A DNA stretch of 64,000 bases from a candidate division WWE3 bacterium (lineage in GTDB: Bacteria > Patescibacteriota > 4484-211 > GCA-002791395). Below the pieces are notes generated by a model, which saw nothing but the letters and a program-made list of their open reading frames with translations, was not told the DNA's origin and made no database searches. The stretch is taken from the NCBI GenBank assembly GCA_013335095.1, contig JAAXWF010000002.1, positions 80,516 through 144,515 on the forward strand, in the 5' to 3' direction. Made by a program: the position numbers and the translations under genes. Shown here piece after piece: positions 11,601 to 22,100 of the stretch (the first letter of the stretch is position 1; every line of letters begins with the position of its first letter).

Positions 11601-14085
11601 TATTCACACCACTCCAATCGCTTCCATCATAATTGAAGCCAGTTACTCCGGCAGAAGAAAATGGATCATCTAACCGTAATCCGACGCAGTCGCCTAATGA
11701 AATTAATTCGGAACCATTACTATCAGCACTGGTTAAGTTTGCCCACCCTGATAATGTCACCTCGGAAAGATTGCCCATAAGCCCACTAATCATAATGCTG
11801 TCATCTGTACCATCAAAAGATGTACCATTTCCAAATTTTCCTGATGTATAGGTAGAATTACCATTCCAAGCACCATCACGCCCATTACCTGATCGATCGC
11901 ATGAATCATTAGCGCCGCCAGAACAGGTATTCGCCGCGGCTTCATCCATTGGCCAATAACCAATTAGTCCATCTGAAATAGATTCATTACTCGAAGAACC
12001 TAAACTAACACTAATAGTTTCACCAGAACTACTTAATGTAGAGAGTCCAGCAACTTCGCGTGATGTTTTTTCTTTTTTATATACCTTAAATTCATCTAAA
12101 TATCCGTGATAATTTGCTGATGATGATCCTCCTAATAATAAATCGTTTGAATCACTCGCTGGAGATCCGACACCGTTTGTGCTCGTAGCAGCCAGGCGCC
12201 CATCTACATATACTGATATCTCATCATCTGCGTCATCAGAATATGTAACAGCAATGTGCTGCCACCGATTAAGACGCAATATATCTGGAACCGAAACACT
12301 TGCATCAGTAGTTGCAAGATCGAGTGATACTTCTAAATCCATTAATCCATCAGACCCTTCATTCGTTGTACGAATATATGTATTCGTGCCTTTTTGAATT
12401 ATTTGGCCAACATTATTTTCGCCATCAGACAACGTCTTTACCCAAGTGGAAAGGGTAAATCCGCTTGATAACATTTTATCGAGGTCGATAGAATCATTAT
12501 TTGTTAACGTCGAAACATTGCTTGAACCATCAAATAAGATACATGAATTTGCAATACACAGATCCTCACTTTTCCAGCTTGGGCCAGTAATTGAATACGT
12601 AACACGGACTTCAAGTAGATCAATACCCACTCCTGATGCAGGCGGATCAAATAAGTAATTATTTACCCAATAGTTATTAAAAGGCTCATTTGCCTTAACA
12701 GTGTAAACATCAAAATCACCTTGTTCTACGTTAATCGAAAGAACTGGTACCTCTGATATCTGCCTGTCTATTTCGTGTAATACGATGTCACCGACCTCTA
12801 AGGTATCGACACGAATCCATTCAAATGCGCTTTGTCCGCTTTTCTTCGCATAAATAAGCTCATCATTTGTAGCTTTCACATCATCGTTAATCGTATAGAT
12901 TTCTTTTTTAGGAGACGTAATGATCGATCTTAGGGTATTAACTTTAAATTCATGCGTATCTGTATTTAAACTCAAGATTTGATCGCCTGGGGAAAATGAT
13001 TCTATTGGACGATAAACACCGTTACCATCAAGCAATAAACTCCCAGTAGGAAATGAGAATGTGTCGATCTGTGCATTCACTCGTACACGAAAATTAGTAT
13101 TATCTAGCTCAGAAGCGACCCATGTTCTACCCCACGTATCACTAGTACTACCAGCCGTAAATGTAGCATCAGTACTCGATAAGGGTCCTACACTTGTATA
13201 TGATGAAGCATACGTGGTCCCGCCATTATGCGAAAGACGAACACCTATACCATCGCCGGCAAACGTATCACATCCGGTACAACTAGATGCCTCCATTCTT
13301 ACTTCAATACCTAATATGGTTGCGGAAGATGGAATACTGAAGCCAAACGAATAATAATCTTGCATATCTAGGTTTGTTGCTTCGTATGCATATGCATTAT
13401 TGCTCGTATAAGCATTAGCCGGAGTAGTCCAAGAATTATAGTCTTCACCTGAATGTGTTGGTGCAACAAATCCTGTATCTGCCGTTGATGTCAACGGTGC
13501 GCTGTTTGAATTATTACTAAGGTCATGCGCGGTACTTCCATAGCCTTCATCAAATGATAAATAGGTAACCGGTGCTGTACCAATTTCTTCTGTATTCAAT
13601 GAAGCTGAACCACCACTCGGAGTTAACGAAGTTACATTAGTCACCGAACTATCACTTTTTGTTGAGACGCTTCTATTTCCATAGTACATATATGCATTGT
13701 TTACACCATTAATAATTTCTGAATATGCGACATAATAAGTTGTCGTAGAAGTATTACATCCGGAAACAAGCTGATAGCGATATCTTTTTCCTTCACTATT
13801 TGTAAATCGTGTATCATCGCAATCTGATTGCATTTTTCCCGAAGATATTAATGTTGAGGTATTAACTGTTATGGTAATTCTTCGTTCAGATAGTGAAGCA
13901 TTATGAGTGAAAGTGATCGATTGTCGATAACTAAAGGTATCATCGTACCAGGCATATGCTCCTTTTGGCTGGTTGAAAAATACTAAATAAGACAGACCGA
14001 TGGTAATAAGTATTCCGATAATTAGTCGAATACGTTTATGTAAAGTTTCACCAATCATCAGCGTTTTAAAATTAATAGTATTCAT
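8614..14085 (-). CDS. Giant secreted multi-LamG protein A (DUF2341-like N-terminus, 6 LamG, nested insert containing a Hint domain)
   Basis: TM + PKGAYA|W; YRQSIT..KMQSDCDDTRF..YMYYGN; six GYWxxDE...FDG...WxH...DxxxxYN repeats. Confidence 0.88.
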   Translation of the reverse strand: MNTINFKTLMIGETLHKRIRLIIGILITIGLSYLVFFNQPKGAYAWYDDTFSYRQSITFTHNASLSERRITITVNTSTLISSGKMQSDCDDTRFTNSEGKRYRYQLVSGCNTSTTTYYVAYSEIINGVNNAYMYYGNRSVSTKSDSSVTNVTSLTPSGGSASLNTEEIGTAPVTYLSFDEGYGSTAHDLSNNSNSAPLTSTADTGFVAPTHSGEDYNSWTTPANAYTSNNAYAYEATNLDMQDYYSFGFSIPSSATILGIEVRMEASSCTGCDTFAGDGIGVRLSHNGGTTYASSYTSVGPLSSTDATFTAGSTSDTWGRTWVASELDNTNFRVRVNAQIDTFSFPTGSLLLDGNGVYRPIESFSPGDQILSLNTDTHEFKVNTLRSIITSPKKEIYTINDDVKATNDELIYAKKSGQSAFEWIRVDTLEVGDIVLHEIDRQISEVPVLSINVEQGDFDVYTVKANEPFNNYWVNNYLFDPPASGVGIDLLEVRVTYSITGPSWKSEDLCIANSCILFDGSSNVSTLTNNDSIDLDKMLSSGFTLSTWVKTLSDGENNVGQIIQKGTNTYIRTTNEGSDGLMDLEVSLDLATTDASVSVPDILRLNRWQHIAVTYSDDADDEISVYVDGRLAATSTNGVGSPASDSNDLLLGGSSSANYHGYLDEFKVYKKEKTSREVAGLSTLSSSGETISVSLGSSSNESISDGLIGYWPMDEAAANTCSGGANDSCDRSGNGRDGAWNGNSTYTSGKFGNGTSFDGTDDSIMISGLMGNLSEVTLSGWANLTSADSNGSELISLGDCVGLRLDDPFSSAGVTGFNYDGSDWSGVNTGLFVAGFGWHHYAYVVKSASYHSLYIDGMQVANESITTTISCSGLGTNTWIGHHGNGDSAMDFNGSLDEVRVYNRALTASEVSKLNAFAPGPVGYWKMDEGSGAIANDTSGNSTSATITQALWKTAKYGKGLDFDGSNDYIEATDNSILEPSSDISLMGWIKLDVLPTNKSGEAATMFWKSHSASPWQSYRLYINGTDNQPVFSWSNSSSEFFVFPGAGSALVANQWYHIAAIKSGTNMSIYLNGNLLPGAISDATGSLLNSTGTVQMGGAGANSSLDGTLDDLKIYNYARTPSQIIQDMNANHPLVGTPVSGPVGYWKLDEGYGSVAHNNTVQGSSLDANFGTSSEKPAWSNDGKIGKSVSFDGSDVVTVTDNNSIDFGDNADFSISLWVNSTQASVFNNYFIMISKVSSAPRYGYEIGLHDSTDDSRWYSSVYVNGTEYFLYGRSDIADGSWHHIVFERNGSILKTYEDGKLANALTSSTLSISNSSNLNIGRSNNGTPYEYYYPGKLDEIKIYNAALSDSDVLTEYNTGKAIVLGSLSTESDGTTASRSSSREYCVPGDTSTCNPPVGEWQFDMDPTTTVVDTSGNDFNGTIDSTMDAADWVTGKLGKSLDFDGTNDQVTISDSTSLRLTSFTLSSWIYPRRLPSSGNDSFINKYADGGTANYYFELKSSSGLDCGFFYNNSGGYYELAADSSMTLNEWQYVTCTFNNATDTMSIYRNGLLVASGTTSNVPYTTAGAGSRILQFGGYDDQSQYSNSKLDNIRIYDYARTSAQVAWDYNRGAPFAHWKLDEASGSTAYDSSNNGLTGTIYNSPAIVDGKLNNGLSFSSASSQYIEVPYNPKLDITKDLSIAFWIKRSGSGYEPLVLKTNGTTLWDYSLYILNDNRVEFYNESTGYFASTSTIPQNVWTHITFVHQGTNYAFYINGARDNQTTMGETLSANPLNLYIGREGTTYADSIFDDVRLYNYGLTATQVKTVMNDGGTLRIAPVTGSP
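12643..13056 (-). other. Degenerate Hint (intein/BIL-like) domain, 138 aa, within protein A
   Basis: SFPTGSLL..DG..RPIE.F.PGD.I (block A), VKATNDE (block B without His), W..V..L.VGD, VYTV...NNYWVNNYLFDP (blocks F/G without terminal HN). Confidence 0.8.
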
Positions 14086-14102
14086 TTAATATCACCGTCA
14101 AC

Positions 14103-17100
14103 TTATTGTACAAATTCAATAGCTGAATTGTTATTCATTAACGTTTTAATTTGTGTACGATTAAGCGCGTAAGTGTAAAATCGGACATCGTCAATAACCC
14201 CATTGAATAGATACCAACAATCAGTTGACATACATCCTGCGATCATAGGCTGAAAATCGTAGTTAAAATTAGAATTATAGGTGGTGGTACTTTCCATATT
14301 CCCATCTACATAGACGCTTAATGCATTTGCTCTATTATCCCAACTGCCCAACACGTGGTACCATCTGGTACCTCCGGACCTTAAGTCGGTAGTACCTGTA
14401 ACTGTAGCAGTTCCGTCGTTAACAGAAAGAATAAGCTTTCCTGCATTATCTATCACCAGGTTAAATACATCTTGTCCTCCAGCTGTTCTTGAAATAATAG
14501 GGTAGGGCCCACCAGAAGATGAATTCACCTTTATCCATGCAGCTATACTCCAGGACTCGTTTGTAACACTACCACCATAGGGCATACCAAAAGCGTCATA
14601 ATCTGCCAGATAAGCATATTGATCAGTACTCCCATCAAATGTTAATGCGCCGTTATATTTACCTGATGTGGTGCGAGTTGGGGAACCGACAAGATTACCA
14701 TGTGTATTATTGCCCGAAGAGTCATACACTGTGGTACCCGAAGTTTCATCAAAGGTCCAATGCCCAGCAGCGCCGCCCCGATCGTAGTTCCAAGCCACTT
14801 GAGCGGATGACATGGCAAAATCAAAAATCTGGACACGATCAATGTTACCAATAAACTCGGTAGTAGAATTATAACGCCCAATACTAACACTTGAGTTAAT
14901 GTAACTTATTGAATCCATAGTCGCAGACGAATTCATTAAATCCCCATCGATATAAATCGACTGTATGTTATTTGTATCGTCAATTACGTACGCAACATAG
15001 TGCCAGGTACTATCATTAAGATCGATATTTGAATCGATCTGATCATATTGACCAGCACCATAGTGAAAATACCCGCTCATACCAGTAGTCCCTCCATCTT
15101 CAAACAATCCGTAACTATCACCGCGATAGCTAATAATATTTACACCGTTTGAATCTTCACCAGTTTGGCGTACCCATGCAGTAACAGTTACGTTTGAATT
15201 ATTAGTTGTATTTGCCGTTCCAGATAAATAGTCACCAGTACCATCGAAACGGAGACTTGAACCGAGTTTACCACGCGACCATACAGGATTACCGTTTATA
15301 GTTAAAGAAGAGTTCCCCGTTGAATCAGATACGGTAGACCCAGTATTTTCATCAAACTGCCATTCCTGAAATACAGGATTACACGTTCCAGTATCTCCCG
15401 GAACACAATATTCACGAGAAGAACTTCGTGAAGCCGTTATACCATCAGATTCAGTTGAGAGGGCGCCCATAACTACGGCTTTGCCTGTATTGTATTCAGT
15501 TTGAATATCTGATAGGTACATTACTGCTCGGTAGATCTTTAATTCATCTATATCACCAGTAAATTCACCGAGATTATTAACGGCATCATTGTCGGCGACG
15601 ATCAATGCGCCGTCATTTGCAAGTGAGCCGTTTTCTGAAAGTGAGTTATCTTGTGCAATCAAACGCCCGTCAACATATAAGCTAATTGAGGATGTATTTT
15701 GTTTAACAAATGTATAATAATGCCACAATCCGTCATACATATCTGCAGTAGTTGAAATACTTTCAACAGAAACATCAGTATCATCATTAATTGCAAAGCG
15801 TACGGCGCCTGTATTTTCAAAACTCATAGCATAACCAAGATTAGATGTAGAAGTATCTACTTTATTAAGTATTATTTCTCGCGTTGCAGGATTTGATGAA
15901 CCATCTGATTTCGCCCATAACGAAATCGCAAAATCATCAGATGCAACAAAATCATAATCACTATCATCAGCCCGAGAGAGCCAACGGGCACCATTCCCAT
16001 CCCATGCTTTATTAAATTTTCCACTATTTGTCCACGCAGCGGCACTTAAAGTTAAGTCATTATCATTCGGAGTACTATCTTGAGCAGTAGTTCCATATCC
16101 TTCATCAAATTTCCAATACCCCACAGATCCCGATACCGGAGTTCCAACAAGCGGATGATTCGCATTCATATCTTGAATAATCTGCGTAGCTGTACGAGGA
16201 TAGTTGTACAATCTGACATCATCGACCGATCCTTCATATGAAAAAACCGAAGGGTCAGTGAACGATTCACCCGAACCAATCAAAAATGGATTAGCAGTAT
16301 TTGCGAAACTACCACTCAAAGTATCGGTATCAACAAGTACACCATTAACATAAAACTTGACTGTCGATCCATTCCACGTGCCTGCAAGATGGTACCACTG
16401 ATTGTAAGACATACTTGGACCCGTAAGGTAGGCCTCTGTACCCGTACTATTTGTTAGTGAAAAATCCCAGATGTCAAAACCATTAGGTTTACTGATATAA
16501 AAATGATGAACATTACTGTTCCCACTACCACGGCTCACAACTGTTCCACCGTTATTGTACTGACTGCCGGTATATCTGGCCCATGCTTCGATAGTAATCT
16601 GATTGGTTAAATCAAATATCGAATTATCGGCAGCTGAAATGTAATCACCGGTCCCATCAAAATACGTACCCCCACCAAATTTACCAGCCGACCATTTAGC
16701 CTGATTATATAAGGTACCCGGTAGCCCCGAAGTACTCACATCATATGCCGTCGATCCGGTATGTTCATCAAGTTTCCAATATCCGATAGGACCAGGTGCA
16801 AAGGCATACAGCTTACGAACTTCACTCGCTGTTAATGCTCGATTATAAAATCGGATATCATCAAGTCGGCCATTTAGAGTGATATCAGTACCTGAATTAC
16901 GGTTACCAATCTTTGCTGATTCGCCCCCGAAAGTAGGTGTTTGAGTTTGGGCGGCCTCCGCTTCAAGGACGCCATTAACATAAACCCGGACATTTTGTCC
17001 ATCCACGGTACCGGTGACATGATACCAAGCGTTGGTATTTATAGTTGTAGTACCTGTTACTTCCTGTAGTCCATCACGAAGGCTCAATCTAAGCTTATAC

Positions 17101-19130
17101 CCACCACTATCAACAACCTCCAATGAATAACCGATATTGCCAGTCATTCCTTTTGAGAAGACAGGACAGTTTGAAAACTGACAGGTTCCAGCACGATATA
17201 TCCATCCACTAATCGTAAACGTAGAAATTTCATAACCACTCTGATCTCCCAGATCAATCACATCAGCGTTGGGTCCAGCGCCTCCATCAAAACTAGCAGC
17301 ACTTCCATACATACCAGTAGCCCACGTAGCGCCGTTTGCAAGTGTACCAGTAACACCGTTTCCACTTCGATCAGTCGTACTTGTTCCGGTATTTTCATCC
17401 ATTGGCCAATACCCAACAAGCCCATCAGATAAATTAACCTGGCTATTACTTCCAAGTGATACCGCGGCCATGTTGCCATCACGAGAGTTGTATAACGATT
17501 GGATTTGAGATTGACTCAGTTGCGTTGAATAGAGCTGGAATTCATCCATAAACATCTGGCCGTAATTGGTCGAGATTTGTCCGAGCTTTAATGCCGATGC
17601 CGAGATGCCTGTCCCGGTAGTCACCACTACAAACTGCCACCGATTGGCCGCAAGAGTAGAGGAGATCCGACCATTTACATAAATAGTCGGCGAGGTAAAT
17701 CCTGTAGCCGAGATTGTCCCAGAACTTGTTTGGATATATGCGGAACCATTTAGATCAATAAACTGCTCTGATGTGGTGAGCGGTTTGACCCAAAACGCGA
17801 CCGATTTGACACCACTGGTTACCCCTGCTGTAGTAATGACATCGTTACTCCCATCAAAATACAAACATTTATTCATCACACACAGATCTTCGGTGCGCCA
17901 GATTGCTCCACTAATCACGCCGCTATAGTTATTCGTACCAGCACTATTTAATGTCGTCCCATATCCTTCATCCATCCGATATAGAACGTCTGGGATTACC
18001 TGACTGCTTCCTTGAGCTGCACTTACACTCCTGAAGAAGGTAGAAGGACTGTTCTGATTAGCATACTCTGTGGCAATCCAATCGGCAGTTAGGACCGAAG
18101 TATTTAATCGGATTTCATCTAACTTCCCAGTAAAAAAGTTCGATGCAGAACCCCAGTTATACGCAGCAAGATATAACGTTCCAGTACTTCTACTAAAGGT
18201 TGTTTCCCAGGAAGAATCTGTTGAAGATAATGCGCCATCGATATAAACATAAATCACATTACTATTCCAGACGAATGTAGCCTCATGCCAAGTGTTGTTT
18301 GTAAAGGAATTATCACCACTCGAATAATCACCTGCCCCAGCATTATAAGCTTGCAATCCACCTGTTTGCCCTAGATATAATAGAGGATTATTACCCTCAA
18401 ACCCTAAAAAACCTGTATATGATTGCAGAGTCGACTCATTAAACCAAAATGACACGGACCCAGTCTCACCAAGAAACGTGGTGCTGGCTGGAAAATTAGA
18501 GATACTAACGGTATCATCAACTCCATCAAAATCAAGAGAATAGCCGATTTTTCCGGATACTCGATCAGCGGTATTCATTGAACCAGCGGCATCAGCATGA
18601 TAAGCATTGGACGTAGAATCACACACCTCTCGAGTTGTATTACAAGTGGTGGATGGATCTTCCTTCAGATGCCAGATGGCTTTATAGTTAGAATTCCATG
18701 TTGCAGTCACATTTTGCTGAGTTGATGCAGCAGAGTTTCCATAATACATAAAAATAGTCGTGTCATCGTTGTAATCGAGCGTAGGGATTCGAACCCATGC
18801 GATTAATTCTCCGGTCGAAGAATCATACTTTTCTATTTCATGGTCAAGTTTTGTCGAACCATCACTTGAAGTAAACAAAATATCATCGGCATCCGTTTGT
18901 GCATACGCTCGTAAGTCATCGTCAAGGCGCGAAACTAGCACCGGAAAATTTGTTAGATCCGAACTACCAGATACTTTGCTTTCATCAATAACTAACTTTT
19001 TTCGAAACGACCATGATGAGTTGTACCAAGCAGCGTCAGCATTTTTAGGATGTAAAAGGAAATATGAACCAAGAATAAAAAGGAAAACAGTTAAAAATGT
19101 TACGATAACTCTAGACAGTTTTTTATGCAT
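14103..19130 (-). CDS. Giant secreted DUF2341 + multi-LamG protein B (7 LamG)
   Basis: TM + PKNADA|AWY; WSFRKKLVID..NFPVLV..DDILFT..KLDHEIE..AWVRIP..YYGN; repeated LamG motifs. Confidence 0.9.
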   Translation of the reverse strand: MHKKLSRVIVTFLTVFLFILGSYFLLHPKNADAAWYNSSWSFRKKLVIDESKVSGSSDLTNFPVLVSRLDDDLRAYAQTDADDILFTSSDGSTKLDHEIEKYDSSTGELIAWVRIPTLDYNDDTTIFMYYGNSAASTQQNVTATWNSNYKAIWHLKEDPSTTCNTTREVCDSTSNAYHADAAGSMNTADRVSGKIGYSLDFDGVDDTVSISNFPASTTFLGETGSVSFWFNESTLQSYTGFLGFEGNNPLLYLGQTGGLQAYNAGAGDYSSGDNSFTNNTWHEATFVWNSNVIYVYIDGALSSTDSSWETTFSRSTGTLYLAAYNWGSASNFFTGKLDEIRLNTSVLTADWIATEYANQNSPSTFFRSVSAAQGSSQVIPDVLYRMDEGYGTTLNSAGTNNYSGVISGAIWRTEDLCVMNKCLYFDGSNDVITTAGVTSGVKSVAFWVKPLTTSEQFIDLNGSAYIQTSSGTISATGFTSPTIYVNGRISSTLAANRWQFVVVTTGTGISASALKLGQISTNYGQMFMDEFQLYSTQLSQSQIQSLYNSRDGNMAAVSLGSNSQVNLSDGLVGYWPMDENTGTSTTDRSGNGVTGTLANGATWATGMYGSAASFDGGAGPNADVIDLGDQSGYEISTFTISGWIYRAGTCQFSNCPVFSKGMTGNIGYSLEVVDSGGYKLRLSLRDGLQEVTGTTTINTNAWYHVTGTVDGQNVRVYVNGVLEAEAAQTQTPTFGGESAKIGNRNSGTDITLNGRLDDIRFYNRALTASEVRKLYAFAPGPIGYWKLDEHTGSTAYDVSTSGLPGTLYNQAKWSAGKFGGGTYFDGTGDYISAADNSIFDLTNQITIEAWARYTGSQYNNGGTVVSRGSGNSNVHHFYISKPNGFDIWDFSLTNSTGTEAYLTGPSMSYNQWYHLAGTWNGSTVKFYVNGVLVDTDTLSGSFANTANPFLIGSGESFTDPSVFSYEGSVDDVRLYNYPRTATQIIQDMNANHPLVGTPVSGSVGYWKFDEGYGTTAQDSTPNDNDLTLSAAAWTNSGKFNKAWDGNGARWLSRADDSDYDFVASDDFAISLWAKSDGSSNPATREIILNKVDTSTSNLGYAMSFENTGAVRFAINDDTDVSVESISTTADMYDGLWHYYTFVKQNTSSISLYVDGRLIAQDNSLSENGSLANDGALIVADNDAVNNLGEFTGDIDELKIYRAVMYLSDIQTEYNTGKAVVMGALSTESDGITASRSSSREYCVPGDTGTCNPVFQEWQFDENTGSTVSDSTGNSSLTINGNPVWSRGKLGSSLRFDGTGDYLSGTANTTNNSNVTVTAWVRQTGEDSNGVNIISYRGDSYGLFEDGGTTGMSGYFHYGAGQYDQIDSNIDLNDSTWHYVAYVIDDTNNIQSIYIDGDLMNSSATMDSISYINSSVSIGRYNSTTEFIGNIDRVQIFDFAMSSAQVAWNYDRGGAAGHWTFDETSGTTVYDSSGNNTHGNLVGSPTRTTSGKYNGALTFDGSTDQYAYLADYDAFGMPYGGSVTNESWSIAAWIKVNSSSGGPYPIISRTAGGQDVFNLVIDNAGKLILSVNDGTATVTGTTDLRSGGTRWYHVLGSWDNRANALSVYVDGNMESTTTYNSNFNYDFQPMIAGCMSTDCWYLFNGVIDDVRFYTYALNRTQIKTLMNNNSAIEFVQ

Positions 19131-19145
19131 AATTACCCTTTATCT

Positions 19146-19151
19146 ATTATA
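19146..19151 (-). promoter_or_regulatory. -10 box upstream of gene B
   Basis: TATAAT 15 nt upstream of ATG 19130. Confidence 0.45.
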
Positions 19152-19190
19152 GATTATTTTCTGGAAATGGATGCTAAATTACACCGGTAA

Positions 19191-22100
19191 CTATTGGGTA
19201 AATTTCACGGCAGAGTTCTGGTTCATGACCATCTTTATCTGCTCGGAGGTGAGCGCATAATTATAAATCTGAACATCGTCGATAGTACCATCAAAATATC
19301 CTGTTGCTGGTGTAAACATACCGATTGTGGCTGGTCCGGTATTTTCGCTAATTATTCCGGTAGCACTCTCGGTTGCATCCAGTTTACCGTCAATATAAAT
19401 CTTAACCGCAGATCCATCATAGGTCACTGTTATAAAATACCATGTATTATTGTTAAGCGAGGTTGTTGAATCAGTCATATCAGAAGTTAAATCTGAAGAA
19501 CGAAATCGCACCAATTTGTTATAAATAGCTACATAAAACCCTGCAGTATCTTTTGAATAAATAAATCGATAATCATTTACCGGAAGATTAGTTCCCTTAA
19601 CCCAAGCTGATATAGACATGCTCGTAAATGTTTGCAATAAAGCAGGGTTGCCCAAGGTAATATAATCATCAACACCATCAAATAATATTCCGCTATTAAA
19701 TTTACCCGATGTAGTCCGAGTAGGGGAGTTAGTCAATGTTCCGTTCAAACCATTTCCAGTAGAATCATATGCTGTAGAACCAGAAGTTTCATCAAACTCC
19801 CAATGAGCGAGTGGCGCTCCATGATTATAGTCCCAGGCAATCTGTTCAGGAGTTCTTACATATGAATACAGTGTGGTTTTATCAATAACTCCCTTAAAAT
19901 AATCGCCACCATAATATCCCGCATCAATCTGATCGCCAAAAAGGATATGATCTGTTGTACCACCCAGATCATATGTACCAGTAGCTGTACAATCAAGGAC
20001 TCCATTTAAGTACCCTGTATGCGCACGTCCGGTCGCGTTATATGTCATTGTTGCATAATACCAACGATTAGAGGTCAATGTGCTCCCATCACAGCCACGA
20101 GTACCGCCCTCATACGTTTGATAGCTAATACGATCACTATTTGTTACCAACATTGCATAATGAGTACTACCACTATTATTAGCCGGACCTTTTGTAACAA
20201 TCCACCGAGTAGTACCTTCATTACCGGTGATATAAAACCAAGTAGATAAGGTGTAACTAGCTGGATTTAGTAACGCGTTGTGGGTTACCTGCATTCGGTC
20301 ATCCGTACCATCGAATAGAACAGCGTTACCAATTTTACCAATACCCCATGATGGGCTGCCTAATAAGGACCCGTTAAATGCGTTTCCGCTCAAATCATTA
20401 ACAGTCGTACCGGATTTCTCATCAAAGTTCCACACTGCAACCGGAGGATTACACGTTGAGGCATCACCGGGAACACAATATTCACGTGCAGCTGAGTTAT
20501 CTGGTGTTTTGCCATCTGACGCGGTACTTGTTGCACCAAATGTTTGTACTTTTCCTGAATTATATTCGCTCAGGATATCGGTTTGAGTTAAATCAGTTAA
20601 ATAAATCTTAACCTCGTCAATTGATCCATTAAAATATTCACCTCCATCATATGAATTACGACCGATATCAAGGTTACTTCCGCCAATGTAATCAGACGAG
20701 GTCGTATCTGATGCAACTACTTTTCCATCCATGTATAGCACCCGCGCTTTAGTCGTCGCATTGTACGAACATGCAACATGATGCCAATTTGAATCTGTAT
20801 ATGTTGCAGTTGAATAAATGTCATTAGCGTAGAATCCGCAATGGAGCGTATTATTTGGATTGAATCGAAAATCGAGCATTCGATTAACTAATTGTTGTGT
20901 TCCAGAAGAAATTATCGTAGTTGCGATTCCGCTGGCCGCGCGTTTTACCCATGAACTTAACGTAAAAGATGAATTTGCTAATGCCAGCCCACTACTGACA
21001 TTTATATAATCATTCGATCCATCAAACTTTATGCCTTTGTAATACTTTCCATCATTCGTCCATCCCGAGGTTGAGGTAGCGGGGGATGCCATATTTGTTA
21101 ATGTACCATTTAGAGTAGAACCGCCAGTACCGATATTGTTAGCCGTAGTACCATACCCCTCATCAAAATTCATATGGAGTGCCGCGCTGCCGACTGGAGT
21201 ACCGACCAATGGATGCCCGGCGTTCATATCTTGAATGATTTGAGAAGGAGTACGAACGTAGTTATACAAGCGGACGTCGTCCATATTTCCACCCCAAGAA
21301 TGATTCCCGATCTCAAGAGTTTGTGAAGAATCATCTTCACGAGAACCCGAAGCATTGCCGCCTGTGAATGGTACTGATGTACCATTATAATAAATTTTTA
21401 TCCCTGCAGTAGTTGAACTTCCATCCCATGTAACGGCAACGTGATACCATTTACTAGGGTCATACGTACTATTGGCCGAACCATCATTACCTGCAGTTGA
21501 TGCATACAAATTAGAGGTAGAGTAACCGACTTCAAACTGGATATCATCGTCTTTATAGTTATTAACACCCCATCCGGATGATCCGTGACTAGCATTTTTA
21601 CCAATTGCTTCGTCGTCTGAACCATTTTTGTTTTGCGTCCAATATGAAATGGTTAGCGCAGATAAGTTATCAAAGGCGGCAGGAGAACCGGCACTAACGA
21701 CATCATTCACACCGTCGATAGTTAATGCCTTTCCATATTTCCCATTTGTCCATTGAGCGCTCCCGGTAATTGACCCATCGTACCCTCGACCACTAGAGTC
21801 GTTTGCGGTAGAACTACTCCCTTCATCAAACTTCCAATACCCAATGGGACCAGGAACCCAATTATATAGTCGGGATATTTCTGCTCCATCTAGGGCTCGA
21901 TTGTAAATCCGAAGGTCATCAATATATCCATTAAATCCACTGGTACCTGAACTAAGCGCCCCAATTGCAGTTGCACTAGAATTACCAACAGGAACGGAGG
22001 TATCGACGGCAGTTTCAACAAGAACTCCATTAATATATAAACTTGCAAGATTTTTACCTTCATCAAATGATGCAGCAAAATGATACCATTTGTTCTGTTC

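Noticed and set aside
12643-13056. Canonical active intein or mobile homing element
   Set aside because: No endonuclease domain, no block-B His, no terminal Asn and no +1 nucleophile; kept only as an atypical Hint domain
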